Position numbers and translations under genes: made by a program. Of a stretch of 64,000 nucleotides of DNA, positions 11,775 through 22,224 are shown in pieces. Position 1 is the stretch's first letter. Each line of letters begins with the position of its first letter. Source of the stretch: Lepidodermella squamata (Eukaryota; Animalia; Gastrotricha); assembly GCA_047495785.1 (NCBI GenBank), contig JBLDXI010000013.1:3472001-3536000 (forward strand). Direction: 5' to 3'. The notes beneath the pieces are model-generated. The model saw only the letters and a list, made by a program, of their open reading frames with translations, was not told the DNA's origin and did not search any database.

Positions 11775-14026
11775 TCAATCTCCGCTCCGCAGCGCTGGAA
11801 ATATTTGAAAAAAATATTAGCTCGCAAAAAGAATAAAATTGAACAGGTGCTCACATTGACAGTACCTGCCGGAGTAAAGATTTCGGCAGTCGCACGCGGC
11901 AGTTGCGGCGTTGTAAGTACCGCCATTTTCACACATCTGTTGAACAGAAATAATACAACTTTAAATATGCCGTTCATCTCGTTTGTTGCGTTCATCACCT
12001 CTCTGATGCAGGTCAAATGGTTCGAACTGAACACTTGATTAGCGGCATAGAGTTTCACCTATGATGATGATGATGATGAGAGAAGAAATAGCTTACTATT
12101 ATTTGAAATGCGCTTACCTGGATGATGTTATTAGGGCATGGCTGTCCACGGCAATACTTGGTGTAGCTTGGATCTCGGCACTGGACAGCGATCTGAAATC
12201 ATCAATTAAACGTCAGAATGGAGTTAGCATCTAAGTGAGAGAAACTTACGCCTCGTTTACAGTTTTCAATATTGCTATAGGTTCCTGGCGAAAAGCTTTG
12301 AACTTCACCTGGCAAGCAGGCTGGGCGGCAGTCGGTAAAGTAGAGTGATGTGTTGCTAAAGCATCGGACATGGGGCGTATCACTTTCCGGGACTTGAACT
12401 ATGCAACAAGTAATTAAATATTTAATTTATTCCCAACCGATCTATAGCGACCCAACCCAAGAGCCGGATCATCTAGTTGATCATAATTCTAAAAAATCCT
12501 AATCCCAAAGTCCTCCGATTTTTTTTCGTGACTCGAAAGTGTCTGCCACTGGAAAGAAATTGCGAAAAAGTGTACGCGAATTTTGAATCTTTTTATTTTT
12601 TCGAAGGTACAGTCCATTGGTTTGAAGTTCGCAGAATTCGCGAAACTAATTAATACGCGATTAAAAAATCACTGATGCAATTTCCTAAAATTTTAAGCTT
12701 GAAGGCTTCGATATAGTTCCTTGGGGTAGCTAAAAACCACAGGAAAACAACAAATTAACGATTTTTCGGTGATTCGCCTCTGAAAATGCGAAAAATGAGC
12801 TGTTTTTTAAATAGGAAGAAATCTTAAGTCTCCTTCTAACTTCCTTCCGGATAGATTCCAGATCATTGAAAATTGGCTCTAACGAGATTAGAAAATAAAA
12901 GGAAAAGGGAGATTTGCGAGCGAAACTAGCAAAATTTTCGATTTAAAAGCACGAAATTGCGAATTTTTAACTAAAAAATCCCTAAAACTGACCGGCTTCA
13001 CAGGTTCTTAAAAGTGTACGCCGATAAACTATAACCCCGCCCTTTTTCTCCAAGGTTTTAATAAGGAATATTTTCTTGTGTCTGCCACTGAGCGTCCAGT
13101 GAGGTCCAGTGGCGAAAAATCGGAAGCCTGCACATCCACCTAAACAGAACTTAAAAGACCAGAATTCCGAACCAATCTTTTGATTTTTTTTTAACGCTTC
13201 AATATTATGTCGAGCATTTTAGGAGAGAAGTAGAGAAAAAGAAATATTTAGTATTTGAACAACTCACTTGCTCCGTTGACGCAAGATGCCAAATTCGAAA
13301 AGTTTCCTTGGGTCGCCTGTTATTTAAAAAAGGCGATGAAAAATTCGACAAAGAAAATTAATGGCAATATGAATAACCAATGTAGATGGGCAATTTGTAT
13401 CCGCTGGAACACAGGTTTTGATCGTGGCGCCTTCGTTGCATCGCTTGAAAGGTAGATTCTTAGGTAAAGGTAGATGAAAATTAATTGCTGAGATACTAAA
13501 AAAGCAATTTTACCTGAAAATTATCTTTAAGTTGTTCGCACTTTTGCAGGTTTTCTTTAAGAAGCGCTGGCCCAGTGAACCAATAGAGCTGTTAATATCG
13601 GCAGAATAACATAAGCAAGTTGGGACATAAAATGCGAAAACTGACGTTGATTTCATCAGTTTCGCACGCCACAATACCAGGATTGCATTTCGGTGTTAGA
13701 GCTTCGTATTTGTAACACATTCGAGCGTTCTTTAATTAACATTTCGTGTTAATTATAAAGGTACACAATTAGGTCATACCCCTCGGACGCATTCTTCATA
13801 CGTCAAGTCTCCTCCCAACTGAAATTGGAAATAAGTTGCGATTTGTCAGGAAAAATACTTAAAACACGACCTGGTATTCCTTGAAGATATCACACGGCTT
13901 CTTGTTACAGCCAGTGAATTTGTTATTGAATACTGATAAGCACCTTCTCCAAGTTTCACTGCCGTTCGATAAACAGAGCTGATTCGCGAGAATCAATAAG
14001 AAAATCAACGAAAGCCGTCTAACCAT
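11775..14026 (-). CDS. Secreted cysteine-rich protein with a C-terminal EGF-like motif, about 12 small exons (central exons uncertain)
   Basis: Hand-spliced: MVRRLSLIFLLILANQLCLS (signal peptide) ...CLSVFNNKFTGCNKKPCDIF..|LGGDLTYEECVRG|NARMCYKYEALTPKCNPGIVAC..|NLPFKRCNEGATIKTCVPADTNC..|..RCFSNTSLYFTDCRPAC..NCKRG|IAVQCRDPSYTKYCRGQPC..|MCENGGTYNAATAACDCRNLYSGRYCQ. Absent from the ORF track because the exons are short. Confidence 0.6.
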
Positions 14027-14885
14027 CTGCATAATCTTATTTGATAAAGTATGAAAAAATTACGAGCTATCAAACACAAGTTTGAAAAGTGAACTCATAT
14101 TCCTCTAAAGAAAGGAATGAAAAATTGCTTTAATATGGACAAATTGAGCCTAAACGGACAAGTATACCTGTATTCGGACATGTGTCGGCGCGGCTCCGCA
14201 TCACCCCATGATTAGTTCACGCGTGTCAAAAATTAAAAACAAAGCATTCAAACGAGGCTGAAAGAAGTTGAGAGGTGGGAACCGTTTTTTAAGAAATTGT
14301 CCAATGTCCAGGAGCATTCATTATTTTATTGAGATAAATCGAATAAAAAGTTTCATTTTTCAAATTTTCAGTAAAATATATCACCGAGGCAAAATTAGAG
14401 GGTGGATAAGGGTGGATCAAATGACAATGACCATTTTTGGACCCATCGGCTAACAGGACAAAGGACAAACGTTGCTGATGGACCTTTTCGCGTCTATTTT
14501 TTGTTCATTTTATTTTGCTGGGTTCGCTCTTGCTGATCAGTGATTAGTTGCTGGATATAAGTTCTGCAATTTTCCAACTTGAAGGGACTTTTTATCTGCG
14601 TCGGAGGTGGAAATAGGTCGGGTCGACCGGTCGCCGGTTGGCTATAGATCGGTAACGTGCGCTGGCCGGTTTACCGGTAAACTGAAATTTTCGGCCGAAA
14701 AAGAAAACAAGAGGTATAGCAGACATGAACGCGGCAGGGAAATTCCTTCAAAAAGGTTTTTGCAGGAATAGTAGGTTTTTTTAACCAATCTGTGACCCGA
14801 ACCAATCGTCGCAGTTCTTCATTCGTGGAGTTTTTGCGATTCATAAAAAGATTCATAGGTAGTGGTCGACAGAAATTTTGAATTA

Positions 14886-15240
14886 CCGTATTTTACGAAT
14901 TGCCCATTTTTAAAAGAAGCCCAAGTCCTGTCCTGTGTATTTATGGTTTGCCCTTTAGTTTTAGCCGGTTTTAGCCGGCTGAGACACCGGCGACGTTTAT
15001 GATGATGGCAGCGATGAAGTTAACTTTCTTTTAACCATACTAGGACAATTTGACTGAAAATATCTTCGGTTTCGTTAGAAATTGACACAATACACGCGCC
15101 TGAGGTTGGTCGCGCGTGTTATAAGGCGCTGCCTATTCCTACGGTTCTGCCCGATATTAGTTCAAATGACCTTTGCCCTCTGCCTTTTATTCCGGTTCTG
15201 CCCTATAATTGGGTCATGCCTAGTAATTCGTAAAATACGG
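14886..15240. mobile_element. Tc1/mariner(pogo)-type MITE
   Basis: TIR CCGTATTTTACGAATT / AATTCGTAAAATACGG flanked by TA on both sides. Confidence 0.8.
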
Positions 15241-15712
15241 TATAAAGATAGCCATTGCGTGAGTTATGCTATTTTCGTGCTATTTACTAAATATTTCGCA
15301 TAAAATTGAATTTTGCCAATTTCGGCTCGAATTTGAAATGTTTGCCTTTTTGACTTTCACCAACGATGGCTCCATAACGGTCAGGAATTGGCTCGTGAGA
15401 TATTGTGAGCTTACTGGAATGGGTTCTGACTGTTTATGGTCAAAATATGAGCCCGGAGAACTTCATGGTTATGGAATGACAAGCGTTTGAAAAAAGTGGA
15501 AATTTTTTTATGCAGATTTAGGTAACCTTAGCCTAATTCATAAATATATTGGCATAATTCAATGTAATGCGAAGCTAAACATCCGGAGGGTAGTACCTTT
15601 CTTTAGTCCACGATATGAACGATACGGCAACTCTGAAGATAAAGTTTCACTTATAGCGCCAAATACAAGCATGCTAATCAATTTGTATTTGCTTTTATTC
15701 GTTTTATTCAAA

Positions 15713-17675
15713 TCAATTTTTATTTGCGTAGCCTTCACTTGTCACTCTTGGCCATTCGGGCGCAACATAAGGCAACTGTCCCGGGTATTTATAGCCAATC
15801 GGTTTCAACCTAGCCCATTCTGGCTGTACAAAATCTCCGAGCGAAAATAAATTAGAACCGTCCTTCAAACACGGCCTGAAGTGAAATTGAGCTCGAAACC
15901 GGAAAAGCATGCGGGCAATCCATTTTTCGCCTCGCAAAATCGGACAGCCACCGTGGCTGGAGTCAATGTGTAGCATTTCATCGCGTTGCATGTTGTACCA
16001 GAACAGGCCAGAGCCTTTCTCCGGTGATACTCTGATTTTCAGCTTGTTGAAAAACGTTTCTCCGCCCGATTCGACGTCATTAAGGTAGATGAGCAGGGTT
16101 GCGAGCCGATCACCGTGCTCCAAATCGGCAGCTGGTTGAATCTTGTCGTAGTGCGGCATGAAATGGCCTAACGCGGTATAGGAATTGACCTAAACAAACA
16201 ATAAGCAAAATCGGTTTCAGTGGATAGATTATGATACACACGGGTAGAAAAATCGCCCCATTTGCAGAACATAACTTCGAGAGGAACAACTTCCATAAGT
16301 TCCATGAGTGATTTTAGCGATTAAATTTTGGAGGTTTCATAAATTGGTAGATTAACATTTTGTTTTGTTTAAATTTTTCAATGATTTCAATGTTCAGCAA
16401 ATTGATATTTAGGGAACCTACCATTTTTAAAATGATTTAAAATTAATTTTGAACCATTTTTCAAAATTGGGGAATTTAAAAATTCCTAATCCAGCAAAAG
16501 TAGCACCACTTATTAACCCTCAATTAATTGCAAATTTCCTAACCTCCTGTCGACATGAAGTAAAAATTTCTGATTTTGTTTGATCTTTAAAATTGCTCAG
16601 ACCGTTTGGCTCCGTAATAATGGGTCCTAAATTTGGACAAAAATCAGGTTTTTAATTTTTTTTAATGTTTGGTTTGAATTTATGTTACACTGTTATCCGC
16701 AACGCTGATCGCAAAGATCGAGGCGGCTGAGCTTTCGTGAACAAATTAGGGACATTCATCAATTTTACTATGCTATTTTTAATTAAATTAAATTAAATCA
16801 AGTTCGAATTTCATAATACCTGATACTTTTCGGCCCCCGTGAAAGCATCCAATCCGAATATTGCTTCGATACGCCGCGTCACACTTGGCAGTCGAGCCGT
16901 CTCAAACTGAGCAAATCGACTAAACCGGACCTTTGCGTCGACAACGTATTCCCTATGCGATTCCGTGAAATCGTTAAAACCAACATAGGACATATTATTC
17001 GCAGCAAGTCCCACGAAACTTTGGATATCCTGCTCTCGGACCAAATCGTGAACGATGACAACCAGCGGGTCGAGATTCAGAATTTCTTCCTTGATAGGCG
17101 CAAAAACAAGCAGCGGGTGATTCGCTCGGTTATCGTAACGGCAAAATAATTTGGGATTTTCGTAGATTTTCAGAAGAAGCCCCTCATCTCGGCACGGCTC
17201 GTACTCTAGCATTTGAATAACCTTCATCGCTAGACGGGTTTTCTCATGTGGCGGCAATTGCTCCAACTCGATAACCGGGGTCTGAAAAAAATTCAATTTT
17301 TTTTTAAATTTTCAATGAAATCGCAAACTTGGAAAATATGCGCGAAAATATTGTCGACCAAACTGATTCGCATTCTTTTGTAATGATCGCAATTGTTTGA
17401 TAATTTGCGGCTGAGAATTTCGTCGATGTAGCCAACAGCTTCTTCGCGGCGGTCTATTTTGACGGTTGTTTCAACGAGAACGTCGAGAAAATCTATTGAA
17501 TCATCGACCGCGGACGTCTTGTCATGATTAGCCCACGCATTTATCGCCAATTCGTAAGCAAATGAATAGCTGCCCAGCTCAAGGTTAGATTTAGCGGCAA
17601 TGAGGGTTGATCTGGCCGTTGAGTTCTCTGCAGTTGTTCCATAAACCGATATAAGGGGAAGGGTTATATTTAGAG
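15713..17675 (-). CDS. Prolyl 4-hydroxylase alpha subunit-like; 3' three exons (15713-16189, 16820-17281, 17329-17675), 5' exons unresolved
   Basis: KLFCRY..N..HPLL..AP.KEE.L..DP.VVI.HD, AEKYQ|VNSY, PHYD (HxD), GDRLATLLIYLNDVESGGETFF, HGGCPILRGEKW (distal His, 2OG-binding Lys). The upstream exon resembles the TPR substrate-binding region. Confidence 0.85.
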
Positions 17676-18059
17676 CTTATAATAAAAACGAAGATTTATC
17701 GGAATTAAAATTCATTTTTAAGAGCCACAGCTAGATACGTATGTGAGATTTATTTTGCTGAATAAATTCTCCTCCGAATCAGGCACGCGCCAGTTAAGGC
17801 GCCAGTGTAAATAGAAAATAATTTAAGAAATAATATAATAAAATTTAAAAAATCACTCACCCAAGGCATGCGTTTTCTTATTCACCCCGGAATTTCGGGA
17901 AGCTCAGGTGTAGGCACCGGATGACAGATTTTTCGATGTTAGCAGCAGAGGTTTTCTAGCTCTTCTACAGTCTTCTAAGTCGTCTACATAGCTCCAAATT
18001 TTCATTTCAAGATGAGCTTCAGAAGTGGTCGACCCGAAAATTCGGGGTGAATAAAAAAA

Positions 18060-21000
18060 GGATCTGGCTATTCGGACAGAGAATTGTGTGTCACGCAATT
18101 GCTATTCGGACACAGTGTGTTTGCGTGACTGGCTACTCGAACACAAGTGGTGTTATGTGGTGTGTGCGCGCTTTTGGCTATTTGAACACACGCTTTAAAA
18201 CCGATTAAGACACCATGTAACAAAGCGGAAACGGTTTATTAACCCATTTCTCTAGCCATTACTCAAAATACAAAAAAGAAACAAAAAACAGTAAGTTATT
18301 TTTTACGGTTGAAGGGCATTTGCGGCTTCCCTTTCATGCGACCAGAGTCCTTCCCTTGTTTAAAACTAAGGCCTTCACCTGGTAAGTAGTCAGTCGTTGT
18401 CGGGCGGAGAGGAACTAGTTCGACTTTGATTGCTGCACTTTTTCCTTTCTTCGGCTTGGACGGAAACCGGCTGAGCTGGCGATCGTTGAAACACTGCAAG
18501 AGGTGGTGACGCATGGCGGCCGGGTCGAAGACCACTCGAGTCGGGTCGTTACCCGTCAGAATTTCGACACAATACGCAATGGCGTAAACGCCGCAATCAA
18601 AGCCATTCGACTGCTGAGGCACCGGCAAGACGTGGACGCTGATGGCGCCGTCAACAGCATGCGCGGCGTATCGTTGGGTGATTTGAGCTTTCAGCGATTC
18701 GGATAACGGCCCGATCAGGCTGTTCATCAGTTTGACACCAGCCGGTAGCTTGCCGACGGTTATCGTCGTAGTGGCGACCCAGTGGTCCGACCCGCAATGA
18801 TGTAGTTGAACGGTTTCTGCAGTGGTAGGCGGAAACTGCAGTTGTGACAACAGCGGCGTAGCAGCATCAACGCCCTCGGCCCGCATCATGCTGAACAACT
18901 TGTTCGCCGCGTGCATGTGCTCGTCGCCCAGGTAGGTGTCGGTGCGCAGCACGAGGTAATCCTGCTCGCGCAAGCCGAGCTCGTCGGTGATTGGTCCCGG
19001 AAGTGACGAATGAGCGTCAGCGGGCGCACACGGCGCATCAAAGGCGGCGGGTTCCACCGGTGACTGTGTCGGCGTGTTGTTGATGTTGTTGTCACCCGGT
19101 GCCTGCTGCTGCTCGCCCGGCTGCTGCTGCGCGCCCGGCTGCTGCTGCTGATCCTGACGAGGCGTCGCTTCTTCATCACCCACCGGAAGGTCCTAAGAAA
19201 CCGGAAGGTTTAGTACACTCGCAAACAAAGCAATAAAACAAGATGTAATTACCTTCACAACGATTTCGAAATTTTTCTGGGCTCGAATCAAGTCAGCCAA
19301 CTTTTCCAATTGCGAATAGTATCTGTCGAAGACACGATTTGGGTGTTGCGAGGCGAGGTCAGCAATAACCAGGGTCAGCTGTGACATTTTTCGATAACGA
19401 CCGGCGTTATCAGCCGGTCTGCGCCCTGCTCTCGGCTTGAAAGTTGTTTCGGTGAATCTGTAGGCCGCGAATTCTGCGTCGAAATCGGCCTCAACCGGTC
19501 GAAAGTTGGCAGCGACTGGCTCGCCCCCGGTGACCGGGCGAATAAAATCATTGAAATACTTGCTGTGGAACAGCATCTTGTCAAACAACGGCTCTTCGTG
19601 CTTCGATCGTAAGAACAAGATGTGATGACACGGCATGGCCATGCTCATGTAAAACGTGCAGGAGCACTTGCTCGGCGTGGTATTATAGTCTGCCTGATCG
19701 CCATTTTCGAACTTTTCGCGAACACCAACGCCGTGAACCAAAGCCATTGAACGAGTAACGGATCGCTTCAACGAGCCGTGAAATTCCGCCAGGGCATAGC
19801 TAAAAAACAGCAATTTTACAAATTTGTCCACAAATTCTGAAAATAACTTACGATGAAATTTCGTAAGACGCTTTATCGAGCAATTGTTCAAACTGGTCAC
19901 CTCGGCGAACAGCGCGCTTCACAACGGTTTTCTCGGCCCGGCGGCGCTCGATAAACGAAATCAGAAACGGAATGAAAACTGGCATCGGTGGCTTGGTTGA
20001 GAAGCCGGCGCACATTTCTTCCTTCAAGGAGCCGAAAAATCGTTCAACGCGTCCAGTCGTGTTAGTGAGCATGATCGGGTAACTGCGGCGGGCGAAAAGG
20101 GCCCACATTTCGACGCAATTCAGCCAGTTGCGCTCGAAATAATCGGCCAACGGCTGCTCAGCCGTGCGCGCGATTTTCACGGTGACGTGCGGTTGAACCA
20201 GCGCACGCCAACTGCCGACGGCCGTTTCGAAAAACTCCTCGCGCTTAGAACCGACCATCGCCTTGAAACCGTCGAACACTTCGCACTTGAATTGCTGCAG
20301 GTCGTTGACTTCATTGTTTCGAATCGTAGCGATGACGTTTCTCATATACTTCAAGGCGTGGAAAATGCACAGCAAAATGATACAGTCCGGAAATATTTCG
20401 CGGAGTATGTCAATTTGATCAAAGTCTTTGTCAACGATAAAAAACCACGGCCCAGCGCCATACAAATTCTTGAACTCTTGCAGCATGGACTTGACATTTT
20501 GCGAGCGTTCGTCAGCTAGGAGAGACACGCCTGCGACTCGAGTGCCGCCAGTGAGAGGACAGACGTAAACAAACGTACACAGCTTTTATTTTTCAACATT
20601 TGTCTTGAAAGTCGTATCAAGTAAGATGGTGTTCGGCTTGAGCTTGTTCATGTCGTTAATCATCGACGGTGTCGCAATGAAGAGCACGTCGACGTTACCG
20701 TTCGCGTCACGGGTGGTGCGCACGATGCCGTCGCCCTCCTGCACAGCTGCCAGTGTCTCGTCCAGAACACGTCGGCTTTCGTCAGGGCTGATGCGGTGTT
20801 TCTGTAACAATAACGGCGTAATTAGCTAAATTCGGACAGGCATTAGGCTTATTTACCTGGGCTAAATTGTGAATTTGCTTGGCGGTGATGAGCTTGTTGG
20901 TTTCATTGCTCTCATGATGGGCGATCGTCGACGCTTTCGCATTGTTCTTCAAATGGGACAGGATCTCAGCCTTCTTCGCCTCGTCGAGTTTTCGGTTGAA

Positions 21001-21642
21001 ACAGTAGGTGGCGTACCGCTCCTCCGAGATGTCGTGGCTATGGCAGCGCACGACTTGGTTGATTTTCATCTGCCCGTCCTTCGTCGCAGTGCCGGTGATT
21101 TTTGCCGGACAAGCCAGGTAAGCCAAATTTTGATTCGGACGCTCGCCATTGGTGATTTGCGCCTTACGTTTATAGCCATGAGTACAAATGAGACGCAGAG
21201 CAGACTTGTCAGTGCCACGGCTGATAAACGGCTCCAAAGTTTGGTCCCGAAACCGGGGTAGCCAATTGTCCACGATGTAATCTCGAGACGGAAAAACGTC
21301 TCCTGGTTTTATACTAAGCTCACCTGATTCAGTAGACATTTCAGTAAACATTGTTTGAAAAGTTAAAAACCGGACTACCCAAGGCGCCCCCTTTTTATTC
21401 TGCGTTGTTACTCATCACTTCCGCTTTAATTACCGCTCAATAATCACCCAATCATTGCCTTATTAGCGGAATTACAGCGCGGCGCGGTGTGTGTTCAAAT
21501 AGCCGTTTCCGCGCACACACCGCTGTGTTCAAGTAGCCAATCACGCATACACAGTGTGTTCAAGTAGCCAAAAGCGCGCACACATTGTGTTCGAATAGCC
21601 ATTGCGTGACACACATTTCGGTGTGTCCGAATAGCCTCGTCC
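18060..21642 (-). mobile_element. Mutator/MULE DNA transposon, 3583 bp
   Basis: 9-bp TSD ATAAAAAAA (18051-18059, 21643-21651). Inverted ends GGATCTGGCTATTCGGACA / TGTCCGAATAGCCTCGTCC, with 4-5 subterminal GGCTAYTYGRACAC repeats per end. Confidence 0.93.
18296..21351 (-). pseudogene. MULE transposase fused to a Ulp1/C48 protease domain; in-frame nonsense codon at 20586-20588
   Basis: FAR1/WRKY-like C..C..HxH (ICTHG..ACPAKI..CHSH); DDE core LDTTFKTN, VDKD, CIFH, RVERFF; SWIM CSC..PCHH; Gln-rich linker; DHWVA..MNSL..QQSNGFDCGVYAIAY. Introns at ~20803-20856, 19800-19851 and 19193-19252 join the parts. TNVEK*KLCTF carries a TAA. Confidence 0.85.
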
Positions 21643-22224
21643 ATAAAAAAAACACACCTAAGTTATTCGAGTTGAAACAGTTTTTTGGGTACTTTACTTA
21701 CCTGACACAGTTTGGCCGCGAGTGTCCCCGAAAACGAAAACGGGTCAATTTTAGGAGCGACCGCTCACGTAGCCCGCATAATGGTCCACATTTCGATACT
21801 TGGAGCGAGCTTGGACGATTTTTTGCTGATTTTATAGAAATGTTCAAAATATCGCAAAGAAGAATCCGCATCTGCAATCCTGGAAAATCCGAAAAAAATC
21901 GAAGAAATCATAATCAGAGCGCGCGGAACCACCCGAAATCAAACGGAATATTTCGTTTTGTTTAATTTACCACTCCTAGCGCTGATGAGTCAGCTGACCA
22001 TCTAGCACCCAAGGCTCCGTTCCAAGAGTTATCTCGTACCGCCGATTTTTTTACTAGTACGAAAATGACGAAACAAGAGAAAAACACCTGATTAGTTTAC
22101 TTCGACAACCACTGGACGCTGACTCAGCCCCTCTAGACTTTACAGGCTTATATAGTCCGAATTAGGGCTTCATCTTGAACGTAACTCAGTAAATTAATAA
22201 TACTAAAATATCACAGCACCATGG

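Larger units (their letters stand above)
17865..21658. mobile_element. Tourist/Harbinger-like MITE (~200 bp) split near one end by the Mutator element; same family as 47922-48109
   Basis: 17865-18059 aligns in reverse orientation with 47922-48109 (TTATTCACCCCG..TTCGGG, GAAGCTCA, CCTACACCTGAGCTTCCCGAAATT); its last bases ACACACC resume at 21652. Confidence 0.8.

Noticed and set aside
18066-18190. Regularly spaced repeats (also 21490-21636) as a novel array
   Set aside because: They are subterminal repeats of the Mutator TIRs.
20586-20588. Stop-codon reassignment or programmed readthrough
   Set aside because: A single TAA at a likely Tyr position in a transposon; all host genes use standard stops.
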